A stretch of 64,000 bases of DNA from Myxococcaceae bacterium (GCA_035637895.1 DASRBA010000259.1:6714-70713), one strand, 5' to 3'; shown: positions 1 through 11,226, counted from the first letter of the stretch. Made by a program: numbers and translations. The notes: generated by a model from the sequence alone, not told the origin.

Positions 1-267
1 CCCGTCCTCGACGCGTGCTTCCACCTCTTCGCGGGGGAGAAGCTGTCCCCGGCGGAGCTGGTGAGCGCGCTCGGGGGGATGTTCCCGGAGGTCGGGGTGG
101 AGGTGATGCAGGGGTACGTGGACAAGTTCGTCCGGCTGTTCCTGCAGTCCATCTACAAGTGGGTGCAGGCGCCGCTCTCGCTGCACATCGGCCACCTGGA
201 CCTCGACCGCGAGCGGGCGCTCCAGCTCCCCGTGGTCACCCGGCCGGACTGGACGCGCGCGAAGTGA
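1..267 (+). CDS. 3' end of a gene running in from upstream (partial CDS, unknown function)
   Basis: Frame 1 is open from nt 1 to the TGA at 265-267. Amino-acid composition looks protein-like (YVDKFVRLFLQSIYKWVQAPLSLHIGHLDL). Antisense and other frames are Arg/Ala/Gly-rich noise. Confidence 0.55.
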   Translation, partial: PVLDACFHLFAGEKLSPAELVSALGGMFPEVGVEVMQGYVDKFVRLFLQSIYKWVQAPLSLHIGHLDLDRERALQLPVVTRPDWTRAK

Positions 268-280
268 GCATCTTCTGAGG

Positions 281-448
281 GTGCTGGACGCGGTGGTCAT
301 CGGAGGGGGAGTCGCCGGGCTGGCGGCTCCGGTGGACGGCACGCTCTTCTTCGCCGGCGAGGCCACGCACCTCGACCAACCCGGCACCGTCCAAGGCGCC
401 ATCGAGACCGGCGAGCGCGCCGCCCGCCACGTCCTCGACTACGCCTGA
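281..448 (+). pseudogene. Probable relic of a flavin-dependent amine oxidase / desaturase-type gene: N-terminal dinucleotide-binding motif fused directly to the C-terminal FFAGEAT motif (internal deletion)
   Basis: Frame-2 ORF of about 55 aa, VLDAVVIGGGVAGLAAP...GTLFFAGEATHLDQPGTVQGAIETGERAARHVLDYA*. It has a GxGxxG Rossmann start and the typical amine-oxidase C-terminal signature only about 20 aa apart, and is much too short for a functional enzyme. Confidence 0.4.
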
Positions 449-1083
449 GCCGCTGGCCGCGAGCGGCGTTCGGACTTCTTCTCCGCCTTGCCGAAGCCCT
501 CGTAGAAGCGGACCGCCTCTTCCCCCACTGCCTGGATGTGCTGGTTGTTCAGGTAGGCGGTGATCGGCGCGGCCACCAGGGGCAGCGCGCGGCCGAGGGA
601 GGACAGGCCGCCCTTCTCCAGCAGCTTCCCGGCGATGCTGCCCAGCATCTTCGGTCCCGCGCGCTGGAACGGGCCGACGCCGTTGGCGTAGCCCAGCACG
701 TCCATCAGCTCCGTCCGCCCGCGGTCGCTCTTGAGGTTCGCCTTGTAGAGGGTGGCGATGTCCACCAGCAGGATGATCTGCAGGTACGTCATCACCAGCA
801 GGTCCGCGGGGATGGACACCAGCCCGAACATGCCCGACACCCCACCGACCGTCCCGGCGATCGCCTTCTTGCCGTCGATCAGCCGCTGCGCCTTCTCCCG
901 CTGGTCCGCGCTGGGATACCGCCGCTCCAGGTCGCCCACGCGTTCCTTCGACCGCGTCAGCTCCCGCAACACGAGGTCATTCACCCGCGTGTTGGCCAGC
1001 TTGCGCAGGTTTGCGGGCGTGAGCTTCTTCAGCTCGCGGCCGAACGAGGACAGGCGCTCGGTGACTGGATCCCAGAAGGCCAT
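439..1083 (-). CDS. Hypothetical protein (possibly EcsC-like)
   Basis: 214-aa ORF with balanced composition. The competing plus-strand ORFs are Arg/Gly/Pro-rich and look like high-GC antisense artefacts. Confidence 0.65.
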   Translation of the reverse strand: MAFWDPVTERLSSFGRELKKLTPANLRKLANTRVNDLVLRELTRSKERVGDLERRYPSADQREKAQRLIDGKKAIAGTVGGVSGMFGLVSIPADLLVMTYLQIILLVDIATLYKANLKSDRGRTELMDVLGYANGVGPFQRAGPKMLGSIAGKLLEKGGLSSLGRALPLVAAPITAYLNNQHIQAVGEEAVRFYEGFGKAEKKSERRSRPAAQA

Positions 1084-1132
1084 CGTCTTCGCTTACGTAA
1101 CGAACGTGCCGGGATTTCGCTCTCCGCCCGCC

Positions 1133-1489
1133 CTAACCCTTCTTCACGTTCCCGGACCCGGACAGCCCTTCCGTGAACGCCGTCAGCCGCGCCTGGTCTG
1201 CCTCCGCCATGTTGAAGAACTTCAAGCCCATGCCGAAGTTCTTCCGGTCCGGCACGTTCACCACCTCACCCTCGCACTGGATGGGCGTCTCGCCGGGCAG
1301 GTGCAGCGTCACCTTCACCTTCGACCCCACCGCGTTGGGGATGGATCGATCGAAGAACGCGCCGCCCGGCGACAGGTCGCTCACCGAGTGCAGGGAGAAC
1401 CCGTGCTGGTCCCGGACCTCCACTGACACCGAGACCCGGACTCGCTGGGCCCGGCGCCGCTCGCTGCCAGCTCCTTCTGAGGCCGTCAT
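1133..1489 (-). CDS. PilZ domain protein (c-di-GMP receptor-like)
   Basis: RRAQRVRV (RxxxR) followed by DLSPGGAFF (D/N-x-S-x-G-G), the two PilZ signature motifs. 118 aa. Confidence 0.8.
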   Translation of the reverse strand: MTASEGAGSERRRAQRVRVSVSVEVRDQHGFSLHSVSDLSPGGAFFDRSIPNAVGSKVKVTLHLPGETPIQCEGEVVNVPDRKNFGMGLKFFNMAEADQARLTAFTEGLSGSGNVKKG

Positions 1490-1539
1490 CGCGGGCGGAG
1501 CATCGCAGAAGGCGAAGGCGCCTCCAACACCCCAGCCCC

Positions 1540-2046
1540 TCAGGCCTCGCCCTGCGCCTCCATCCGCGAGAAGAGGAACTTGTGCAGCCGGCGCACGGCG
1601 TCCCGCGACGGGTGCTTGAACGCCATCCGCATCCCGCCGGTCCGCCCCACGAGGCCCACCACCTTCGCCCTCAGCAGCAGCGGCCGCGAGCTCTCGTCCG
1701 GCAGCTGCAGCTCCAGGTCCAGCTCCGTCCCCACCGGGTGCACGTGCCCGCGCTGCGTGGACAGCCCGAACGTCGACAGGTCGTACGTGGTGCGAAGGTA
1801 GCGCGTCCCCTCGAAGCGCTCCACGCAGATGACCTCCACCTGCAGCCGCGGGGTCGCCCGCCGGTCCGCCGTCAGCCGCGGCCGCGCCGCCGCCGCCTGC
1901 GCGAACAGCGCCTTGAGCGAATCCGTGAGCGACGAGCTCTCCGCGTCCTGGTCCATCAGGGAGCGCGAGTACGCCGGCTTCGGAGCGAGGATGGTGAACT
2001 CGTCGGAGTGGGGAGCGTCAGCGGACATAGGGGGCAAAACGAACAA
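1540..2046 (-). CDS. PilZ domain protein (second, tandem). Start uncertain, possibly M7 at 2028
   Basis: RRATPRLQV followed by DLSTFGLST, a PilZ-like motif pair in a 168-aa ORF directly upstream of the first PilZ gene on the same strand. Confidence 0.65.
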   Translation of the reverse strand: MFVLPPMSADAPHSDEFTILAPKPAYSRSLMDQDAESSSLTDSLKALFAQAAAARPRLTADRRATPRLQVEVICVERFEGTRYLRTTYDLSTFGLSTQRGHVHPVGTELDLELQLPDESSRPLLLRAKVVGLVGRTGGMRMAFKHPSRDAVRRLHKFLFSRMEAQGEA

Positions 2047-2241
2047 GGTTCCAGGTGGCGATTATCCCACATTGTGGGCTTGAGGTCGCGTGAGCGCATT
2101 ATCAGGGCACCCCCGCGTCCGGTTTCGGCCTGGAAATTTATCTACAGAAGATCGATCAGACTGGTCAGGCCATGTCCCAGATCGAGACACGTGCCTTGAC
2201 AAGTCAAGGCGACACCAGCGTTTTTTGGAGGTCGCGGGCCT

Positions 2242-3084
2242 TCAGCGGCCAGCCCGAACGTTCTGCTGGAGGTGGACGGGGAACTTGGCTGGTCCGGACC
2301 TGATTTCCGCGTCAAACACCACCATCGCGCCGCCCGGGCGCTGCAGGGCCATGACGGCGGTCGCAGCCTGGGCGAAGTCCAGCCGCACCGGGAGCATGAC
2401 CGGGACGGTCGACTGGGGACCGATGGCGCCGATGTCCGGCGAGCTCACCGTGCCCACCCGCGAGCCGCCCACGCTCACCGCGCCGGAGACGCCGCTGATG
2501 GGGATCGGGAAGGCGTTGCGGTTGGTGACCACCAGCGGCAGTTGCAGCGTCGCGGAGGTGAGCGTCACCTCGGCCAGCTGGGGCGGCTGGAGCTCGACGG
2601 TGGGGAGCTTGGGCACCGGGAACGTCCCGGAGTGCTCGATGGGCAGGGTGATGATGCCGATGGGCGTCTCCACGCCGAAAGCCCCCTTCGCGGTGTAGGC
2701 CGCCTCGTCCTTGGTGAGGAAGGTCTCGAGCACCGGCGCCACCTCCGCGAACTTCACGTTGGCGGGGAGCACCACGTCCGCGCTCCCGGAGGCCGGGATG
2801 GTCAGCCCGTTCGGCGGCTGGCCGGCGACCACCTGGTGGCCCTCGACGAGGAGCTCGTACTGCACGGTCGCCAGCGACAGGCCGAAGGGATTCGGATTGT
2901 CCAGCCGGTAGTTGAGGTTGATGGTGGCGTCGCCCAGCGACACGTTCGCCAGCGAGGCGCTCTTGAACGTCAGTGTGGGTTTCTTCACCGACCCGGTCAG
3001 CAGCGCCTGGATGGCGGCGCAGCTGGACCCGGAGACGGCGAGGGTGACCACGGCGAGGCAGCAAAAGGCTTTCTGGAGGGTCAT
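2242..3084 (-). CDS. Lipoprotein with LEA_2 / NDR1-HIN1-like (water-stress) repeat domains
   Basis: Start trimmed to the ATG at 3084, giving MTLQKAFCCLAVVTLAVSGSSC, a lipoprotein signal with lipobox. The remainder is Thr/Val/Pro-rich beta-sandwich-like repeats typical of LEA14-type proteins. Confidence 0.75.
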   Translation of the reverse strand: MTLQKAFCCLAVVTLAVSGSSCAAIQALLTGSVKKPTLTFKSASLANVSLGDATINLNYRLDNPNPFGLSLATVQYELLVEGHQVVAGQPPNGLTIPASGSADVVLPANVKFAEVAPVLETFLTKDEAAYTAKGAFGVETPIGIITLPIEHSGTFPVPKLPTVELQPPQLAEVTLTSATLQLPLVVTNRNAFPIPISGVSGAVSVGGSRVGTVSSPDIGAIGPQSTVPVMLPVRLDFAQAATAVMALQRPGGAMVVFDAEIRSGPAKFPVHLQQNVRAGR

Positions 3085-3104
3085 GGTGTGTTGAGGACGA
3101 ACGG

Positions 3105-4262
3105 TTGGCGCGCCGTATTCGGGCAGGGAGGCTCGACGCGGCGCTGATGCATCCCTACCCTGTTGGCACCGCCCCGGAGGCACCCATGATGATGCCCGAG
3201 CTGTTCGCGCCGCCGGCCCCCGCCCTCCAGCCCGCGCCGCGGCTCATTCACGACTCCAACGGACAGCCGTCCTTCGGCACCTACCAGGGCGAGCTGGACG
3301 AGGTGGACCTCACCCGGTTGGGCGGCGACTACCACCTGGCGCGGCCGCTCCGCGTCCTCCGGGAGAAGAAGTGGCAGTACGTGATGGTGGTCACCCCGGA
3401 GCTCATCGCGGCGTACCTGGTGGCCGACCTCTCGTACACGGCCAGCGCCTTCGTCTTCGCGGTGGACCTGCGCGAACGCCGCCCGCTGGTGGACCGCAGC
3501 TACCTGGGCGTCCCCGGCCCGCTGGCCGGCGTGGGCAACAAGCCCAGCCAGGGCTTCGAGGCGCACTTCACCACCGTCAACGCCACCTTCCGTGTCTCCC
3601 GCGCCGGCAACGGGGAGCGCTACCGCACCGCCATCGACGTCTGGGACATCCCGCTGCTCAAGCGCGCGCTGCGCTGGGAGGGGGAGATCCTCGCCGTGGG
3701 CGGCGCGCCCGCGCTCAGCGTCATCGCCCCCACGGACGGCGGCGCGGGCGTCAACGTGACGCAGAAGCAAGCGGGGCTCCTGGCCTTCGGGTCGCTCCAG
3801 GCCAACGGGCGCCGCTACCCTCTGGACGGCGGCGTGGCAGGCATCGACTACACCCACGGCTACCTCCCGCGGCACACCGCGTGGCGCTGGGCCATGGCCT
3901 GCGGCCGCCTGGACGACGGGACGCCGGTCGGTCTCAACCTGGTGGAGGGCTTCAACGAAGGCTCGGACCATGCGAACGAGAACGCCCTCTGGATCGGCCC
4001 TCGACTGTACCCGTTGGGACGGGCGCGCTTCTCGTACAGCAAGCGCGACCCGCTCGACGAGTGGCACATCACCACCACCGACAACGAGCTGGAGCTGCGC
4101 TTCCGCCCGGTGTTCGTCCACCGCGAGGAGCGGGACCTGAAGTTGGTGAAGAGCCGCTTCGTGCAGCCGGCAGGTACCTTTACCGGGAGCTTCAAGGCGG
4201 GCGGCCGGCGCATCCCGCTCGGGCTGGCCGGCGTGACCGAGGAGCAGGACGTCCTCTGGTGA
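3105..4262 (+). CDS. Conserved hypothetical protein (possibly DUF2804-like)
   Basis: 385-aa ORF with Trp/Tyr/Phe/Asn-containing composition. The antisense ORF 3081..4121 is Arg/Ala/Gly-rich and looks spurious. Confidence 0.7.
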   Translation: MARRIRAGRLDAALMHPYPVGTAPEAPMMMPELFAPPAPALQPAPRLIHDSNGQPSFGTYQGELDEVDLTRLGGDYHLARPLRVLREKKWQYVMVVTPELIAAYLVADLSYTASAFVFAVDLRERRPLVDRSYLGVPGPLAGVGNKPSQGFEAHFTTVNATFRVSRAGNGERYRTAIDVWDIPLLKRALRWEGEILAVGGAPALSVIAPTDGGAGVNVTQKQAGLLAFGSLQANGRRYPLDGGVAGIDYTHGYLPRHTAWRWAMACGRLDDGTPVGLNLVEGFNEGSDHANENALWIGPRLYPLGRARFSYSKRDPLDEWHITTTDNELELRFRPVFVHREERDLKLVKSRFVQPAGTFTGSFKAGGRRIPLGLAGVTEEQDVLW

Positions 4263-4302
4263 GGCGGTCCCCGGCTCGGGGGCCTGCTATCCTCCGCCCA
4301 AC

Positions 4303-5856
4303 GTGCCGATTGACCCCGGAACACAGGTCGGGCGCTTTCGCATCGTCCGGCTCGTCGCCCAGGGCGGCATGGCCGAGGTGTACCGGGCGGAGCAGGAGCT
4401 GACCACCGGCATCTACCGGCCGGCCGCGCTGAAGGTCATCCGCCCGGAGTACGCCGCCTCGGAGGACTTCCGCGAGATGTTCCTCGACGAGGCGCGCACC
4501 GCCTGCACGCTCTCGCACCCGAACATCGTCCACATCTACGAGGTGGGCGAGGCGGAAGGCCTGCTCTACATGGGGATGGAGCTGGTGGCCGGCGAGTCGC
4601 TGGCCATCGTGAGCAAGGAGCTGGGCCAGCGCGGCCACAAGTTCACCGACGAGGCGCTCATCGCCATCGGCTCGTTCACCTGTTCGGCGCTGGAGGCGGT
4701 GCACGCGCTCAAGGTCGGCGGCTCCACCACCGGCGAGTCGCTCAACCTCGTCCACCGCGACGTCTCCCCCCACAACCTGCTCCTCAGCCCCAACGGCACG
4801 CTGAAGCTCATCGACTTCGGCATCGCCAAGGCCGCCACCAACCGCAACCTCACCAACGTAGGCGTGACGAAGGGGAAGGCCGGCTACTTCTCGCCCGAAC
4901 AGGCCGTGGGGATGCCGCTCGACGGGCGGTCGGACCTCTTCTCCCTGGGGGTGACGCTCTACAAGCTGGCCGCGGGCGTGACCCCGTTCGAGGAGCACCA
5001 CACCCACCACGACCGGCACTCGGCGCTGGTGGCGGGGAAGTGGAAACCGCTGTCGGCGGTGGCGCCGGGCCTGCTCCAGGGCTTCTACACCATCGTCGGC
5101 AAGTCGCTGCAGGTCCGCCGCGAGGACCGCTACCAGAGCGCCGAGGAGATGCGCGAGGAGTTGGAGGCGCTGGCGTACGACGCCGGAATCCAGATCGGCC
5201 AGGCGTCGCTGGCGGGCTACGTGGAGGAGCGGGACGGGGAGGTCTCCATCCCCAACGCGCCCCGCCACTCGGGGACGCACCTGGCGCGCCGCCGCACCAT
5301 GGAGACCAAGGCGCGGCGGGACCGCCGGTTCATCACCTGGATCGCCGCCGGCGCCGCCGTGCTGGTAGCCGGGGTGGCCGCCGCCTACGCCCTCCGGCCC
5401 ACCCCGGTGGCGCCGCCTCCGCCGCCCGGGCCGATCGCGGTCGCGCCCAAGCCCGTCCCCCCGCCGGTCCCGCCGGCCGCCACGCCCACCGAGGTGGCGC
5501 CGACGCAGATCCTCACGCCCACCAAGGCCCGCGGTGAGCGGGAAGGGGCGCACAAGCGCGCGCCCCCGAAGTCGGAGGGGCCGAAGTCCTCCGGCGGCGC
5601 CGAGGTGGAGGTCTTCAGCGGCGAGGGGAAGCTCCGCGTGGGCACCGTGCCGCAGGGCGGCCAGGTCACCGTCTCCGGCAAGTCGCTGGGCGAGGCGCCC
5701 ATCAGCACCACGATGCACTCCGGGCCGTACGTGGTGGAGATCAACTGGCCGGACCTGCACAAGAAGCAGACCTGTTCGGTGAAGGTGCTCGCGGACAAGA
5801 CGGCGCGCGTGAAGGGCGACGCCCAGAACGACCGCTGCTCGTCGGAAACCAATTAG
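4303..5856 (+). CDS. Ser/Thr protein kinase with TM segment, Pro-rich linker and C-terminal PEGA-like domain
   Basis: Gly-rich loop GRFRIVRLVAQGGMAEVYRAE, catalytic HRDVSPHNLL, DFGIAK and SPEQ motifs. A TM helix (FITWIAAGAAVLVAGVAAAYAL) precedes a PPPPPGP linker. Confidence 0.9.
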   Translation: MPIDPGTQVGRFRIVRLVAQGGMAEVYRAEQELTTGIYRPAALKVIRPEYAASEDFREMFLDEARTACTLSHPNIVHIYEVGEAEGLLYMGMELVAGESLAIVSKELGQRGHKFTDEALIAIGSFTCSALEAVHALKVGGSTTGESLNLVHRDVSPHNLLLSPNGTLKLIDFGIAKAATNRNLTNVGVTKGKAGYFSPEQAVGMPLDGRSDLFSLGVTLYKLAAGVTPFEEHHTHHDRHSALVAGKWKPLSAVAPGLLQGFYTIVGKSLQVRREDRYQSAEEMREELEALAYDAGIQIGQASLAGYVEERDGEVSIPNAPRHSGTHLARRRTMETKARRDRRFITWIAAGAAVLVAGVAAAYALRPTPVAPPPPPGPIAVAPKPVPPPVPPAATPTEVAPTQILTPTKARGEREGAHKRAPPKSEGPKSSGGAEVEVFSGEGKLRVGTVPQGGQVTVSGKSLGEAPISTTMHSGPYVVEINWPDLHKKQTCSVKVLADKTARVKGDAQNDRCSSETN

Positions 5857-5995
5857 CGCGTGGGCTTCGCCCGCGGCACCCTTCTCCAGAGGCGAGCTCG
5901 CCGGGCTCCGGCCCATGACGCCCTGCCGTCGCGGGGCGGCGGAGACGAGATCGGGCCGCGCGAGGGGGCACCCCTGAGCAGGGCACCGGCGCCGT

Positions 5996-6979
5996 TCAGC
6001 GCCCGGGCTGCGACGCCAGGAACACCGCGCCCGCGGCGCCCACCAGCACCGCGCTGGCGCCGACCCAGACGAGCGGGTTGGTGAACCACGGCTTGTCGAT
6101 CTGCACCACCACCTGCATCGGCGAGTCCGGGCCCGCGGCCCTCGCCAGGGTGTTCCCCTCGGAGTCGTTGGCCTCCACGTAGTACCAGGCGGTGTACGCC
6201 GACGAGGCGCCCTGCGGCAGGTCGCCCACGCACTGGTCGCCCCGGCAATTCATCGGCGACGCCCAGTACGGGCCCTCGGAGGCCAGCGCGTGGCGCAGCA
6301 GCATGGTCCGCGCGCGATGGTCCGGGTCCGACATCTTCGCCCGCACCCGCGAGGGCGGCTCGTTCTCCTCGCGCGGGACGAGGTCCACCTTCACCCGCGA
6401 GCGGAGCTGCTTCTGGGCCGCCTCCAGCAGCGCCATCTGCTTCGCCGGCGTCCCCGGCGGGAGCTGGAAGGACGGGTTGAGCTCCAGCGCCTCCACCGCG
6501 CGCTTGAGCGCGCTCACCTGGTCCGCCAGCACCTGGTGGAGGACGGCCAGCTCGAACAGGGCTTGCGCGCGCTCGCGCGCGGGGCGCGAGGTGTCGCCCA
6601 GGTAGCGCTGGTACTCCACCACCGCCTCCTCGAAGCGCAGGTCCTCCGCCAGCTTGCGGGCCTGCACCAGCCCGGGCGCCACCGCGGTGGGGGCGTCGGC
6701 CCAGTAGACAGCGGGAGCGGGAGGCGCGGCGAGGAGACAGAGCGTCAGAGCGAGCACGGCCGGCAGCCTACCAAACGGTCGCCGCGCGGGCCCCGGGTCG
6801 GAACAAAGAGAAGCGTTGCTGTGCCACCGGGTCGCCGCGCCGCGGGCGCGCCGGAACAGAGAGAGAAGAGTTGCTGCGGGAGGTCGGGCCGCTCGCCACC
6901 GGGTCGCCGCGCCGCGGGCGCGCTGGAACAGAGAGAGAAGACCGGTGTGGAGGTCGGGCCGCGTGGCGCCGAGACCCAA
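5996..6979 (-). CDS. Membrane-anchored TPR-like protein. Start uncertain (the track start is a TTG inside a tandem repeat)
   Basis: Signal-like segment RRPFGRLPAVLALTLCLLAAPPAPA at residues 67-90, helical middle region, C-terminal TM LVWVGASAVLVGAAGAVFLA. The first 55 aa are encoded by the 72-bp tandem repeat (LLSLFQRARGAATRW appears twice). No ATG or TTG lies between the repeat and the signal peptide; the only alternative start is a GTG at 6757. Confidence 0.6.
   Translation of the reverse strand: MGLGATRPDLHTGLLSLFQRARGAATRWRAARPPAATLLSLFRRARGAATRWHSNASLCSDPGPARRPFGRLPAVLALTLCLLAAPPAPAVYWADAPTAVAPGLVQARKLAEDLRFEEAVVEYQRYLGDTSRPARERAQALFELAVLHQVLADQVSALKRAVEALELNPSFQLPPGTPAKQMALLEAAQKQLRSRVKVDLVPREENEPPSRVRAKMSDPDHRARTMLLRHALASEGPYWASPMNCRGDQCVGDLPQGASSAYTAWYYVEANDSEGNTLARAAGPDSPMQVVVQIDKPWFTNPLVWVGASAVLVGAAGAVFLASQPGR
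6777..6968. repeat. About 72-bp tandem direct repeat, roughly 2.7 copies (the first copy is shortened)
   Basis: CACCGGGTCGCCGCGCCGCGGGCGCGCCGGAACAGAGAGAGAAGAG... occurs at about 6825 and again at about 6897 (period 72). A shorter diverged copy begins at about 6777. The repeat lies between the mreB stop and the signal-peptide coding region of the downstream gene. Confidence 0.8.
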
Positions 6980-6997
6980 CCGGCTCGAGCGCGGCTT

Positions 6998-8933
<1,936 letters not shown>

Positions 8934-9030
8934 GGGCCTGCCTACCTAGCGGTCGCCCGGGCGGGCGGCCAGCGGATTATGAAGGCGCCGTCCGGGGCGC
9001 TACCGTGCGCCCGCCACAGGTCCTGAACGC

Positions 9031-11226
9031 GTGCCCTCCACCGAGCCCCGGATAGAGCAGCTCCCCAGCTGCCCCAAGTGCGGAAAGGCCCTGGAGGGCT
9101 CGCCGAACTACTGCCCGGCGTGCGGCGAGGACCTCCGCGGGCTCACTCCCACCTCGGACACGCTGTCGGTGCCGTGGAAGGGGAAGCTGATCGACGGCCG
9201 GTACCGCGTCAAGGAGAAGCTGGGCGAGGGCGGGATGGGGGCGGTCTACAAGGTGGAGCACGTCCGCATCGGCAAGGTGCTGGCGCTCAAGGTGCTGCGG
9301 CCGGACCTGCTCAAGGACAAGCGGGTGCGGACCCGGTTCCACCAGGAGGCGCGCATCGTCTCCAAGCTGTCCCACCCCAACACCATCCAGGTGTTCGACT
9401 TCGGCGAGCTGGAGGATGGGTCGCTCTACATCGCCATGGAGTACCTGAACGGGCGGGACCTGGCGTGGACGCTGCGCGCGCACGGGCCGCTCACCGAGGA
9501 GCGCGCCATCCAGGTGGGCGTCCAGGTGCTGGCGTCGCTCGCCGAGGCGCACGACGAGGGCATCATCCACCGCGACATCAAGCCGGCGAACTGCATGCTG
9601 GTGAAGGGGCGGCGGTCGCGCGGGGACGACATGGTGAAGGTGCTGGACTTCGGCATCGCCAAGCTGATGGAGGGCGAGAGCCGCAAGCACATCACCGGGG
9701 TCACCGACTTCGTGGGCACGCCCACGTACATGTCGCCGGAGCAGGCGTCCGGGGAAGAGTTGGACCCGAGGAGCGACCTCTACTCGCTGGGGGCGATGCT
9801 GTTCGAGCTGGTCTCCGGCCGCGGCCCGTACGTGGGCCCCAACCCCATGAACATCGTCACCCAGCACCTGGCGAGCGCCGAGGCGCCCCGGCTGTCGGAG
9901 GTGATGAAGGACAAGCCGGTCAGCCCGGAGCTGGAGGCGATCGTCGCCCGGGCGCTGGAGAAGAAGCGCGACAAGCGGTTCGCGGGCGCGGAGGAGATGC
10001 GGGCCGCGCTGGAGGAGGCGGGGAAGAAGCTGCACGCGGTCCACGAGGCGACGGCGGAGACGGCCGCGGAGGGGGAGGAGAGCCAGGACCTGGTCCGGCG
10101 CGCGGACTTCGACCGCTTCGAGCGGCGGCTGAAGGTGCGGCGGTCGGCGGCGCCCATGGCGGTGCTGCTGGTACTGGCGGGGGCGGGGCTGGGCGTCGCG
10201 GGGCTGTGGCGGCGGCAGGCGGCGAAGACGGTGGTGGTGGAGCGGGAGCCCAACGACGACCCGTCGCGCGCCAACCGGATCGCCCTGGGGACGGCGGTGC
10301 GCGGGCACATCGGTCCGCCCATCAGCGACGAGGTGTCGGACCGGGACGTGTTCGTGGTGGACCTGGACGCGCCGGCGGTGGTGACCGCGGAGCTGAGCGC
10401 GGTGCCGGACCTGAACCTGGTGATGGAGCTGACCCACGTGGCCGCGTCCGGGAAGCAGCGGTCCACGGTGTTCGTGGACGACGCGCCCAGCGGCGAGGGC
10501 GAGCGCGTGGACGGGGTGGCGGTGGGCCCCGGGCGGTTGTTCGTGCGGGTGGAGGAGCGGTACCACTTCACCGAGGCGCCGCGGCCGCCGCGGGAGAGCT
10601 CGCGGGCGGAGTACACGCTGGAGGTGCGGCAAACCGAGGAGCCGGTGAGCGCGGGCGCGGTGGAGGTGGAGCCGGACGACTCGCTGCAGACGGCGACCAT
10701 GGTGCGGCCGGAGCAGACGGCCTCCGGGTTCACCGGGGCGCCGGTGGCGTGGAAGGCGCCGCTGGTGATGCAGGACCTGATGTCGACGGCGGACTTCTAC
10801 GCGCTGCAGGACGCGCCGGACGGGGCCGTGGCGGCCGTGGTGGTGCCCCCGGAGGAGGGGAAGCTGGCGGTGCTGGACGCCGCCGAATACGAGCGCTGGC
10901 GCACCGGGATGCGCCACGCCGGGGAGAATCCGCCGCTGCCGGAGGCGGTGGTGGCGTCCGGGAAGCCGGCGCTGGTGGCGCTCAAGGCCACCGAGCGGCG
11001 CGGGGTGCGCATCCAGCCGCTGCCGCCCACGCCGCCGGGGACGCCCTACAAGGTGGTGTTCGTCACCGGGCGTCCGGGCGGGCTGTCGGCGGCGCTGGAG
11101 CTGGCGCGGACGCTGGACGCGGAGGGGCGGCGGCCGGACGCGGCGGGGGTGCTGAAGCTGGTGGCGTCGGCGTTCGCGGAGTCGCCGCAGCTGGCCGAGG
11201 TGAAGGCCGCATTGTCGGGGCAGTGA
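9031..11226 (+). CDS. Ser/Thr protein kinase with N-terminal zinc-ribbon and TM-anchored C-terminal domain
   Basis: CPKCGKAL...CPACGED zinc ribbon, GEGGMGAVYKVEH, HRDIKPANCML, DFGIAK, SPEQ. A TM helix (MAVLLVLAGAGLGVAGLW) follows the kinase domain. Confidence 0.9.
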   Translation: MPSTEPRIEQLPSCPKCGKALEGSPNYCPACGEDLRGLTPTSDTLSVPWKGKLIDGRYRVKEKLGEGGMGAVYKVEHVRIGKVLALKVLRPDLLKDKRVRTRFHQEARIVSKLSHPNTIQVFDFGELEDGSLYIAMEYLNGRDLAWTLRAHGPLTEERAIQVGVQVLASLAEAHDEGIIHRDIKPANCMLVKGRRSRGDDMVKVLDFGIAKLMEGESRKHITGVTDFVGTPTYMSPEQASGEELDPRSDLYSLGAMLFELVSGRGPYVGPNPMNIVTQHLASAEAPRLSEVMKDKPVSPELEAIVARALEKKRDKRFAGAEEMRAALEEAGKKLHAVHEATAETAAEGEESQDLVRRADFDRFERRLKVRRSAAPMAVLLVLAGAGLGVAGLWRRQAAKTVVVEREPNDDPSRANRIALGTAVRGHIGPPISDEVSDRDVFVVDLDAPAVVTAELSAVPDLNLVMELTHVAASGKQRSTVFVDDAPSGEGERVDGVAVGPGRLFVRVEERYHFTEAPRPPRESSRAEYTLEVRQTEEPVSAGAVEVEPDDSLQTATMVRPEQTASGFTGAPVAWKAPLVMQDLMSTADFYALQDAPDGAVAAVVVPPEEGKLAVLDAAEYERWRTGMRHAGENPPLPEAVVASGKPALVALKATERRGVRIQPLPPTPPGTPYKVVFVTGRPGGLSAALELARTLDAEGRRPDAAGVLKLVASAFAESPQLAEVKAALSGQ

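Noticed and set aside
1-448. Reading 1..448 as one frameshifted amine-oxidase gene
   Set aside because: The frame-1 segment (1..267) has no oxidase-like motifs and ends in a stop. The frame-2 segment begins with its own N-terminal Rossmann motif. Two separate entities (a gene end plus a deletion relic) fit better than a single frameshift.
4192-5916. 574-aa minus-strand ORF covering the whole 4303..5856 kinase gene
   Set aside because: Arg/Gly/Ala/Pro-rich composition with no motifs. This is the typical antisense open frame of a 73% GC gene. The plus-strand kinase has complete Hanks motifs.
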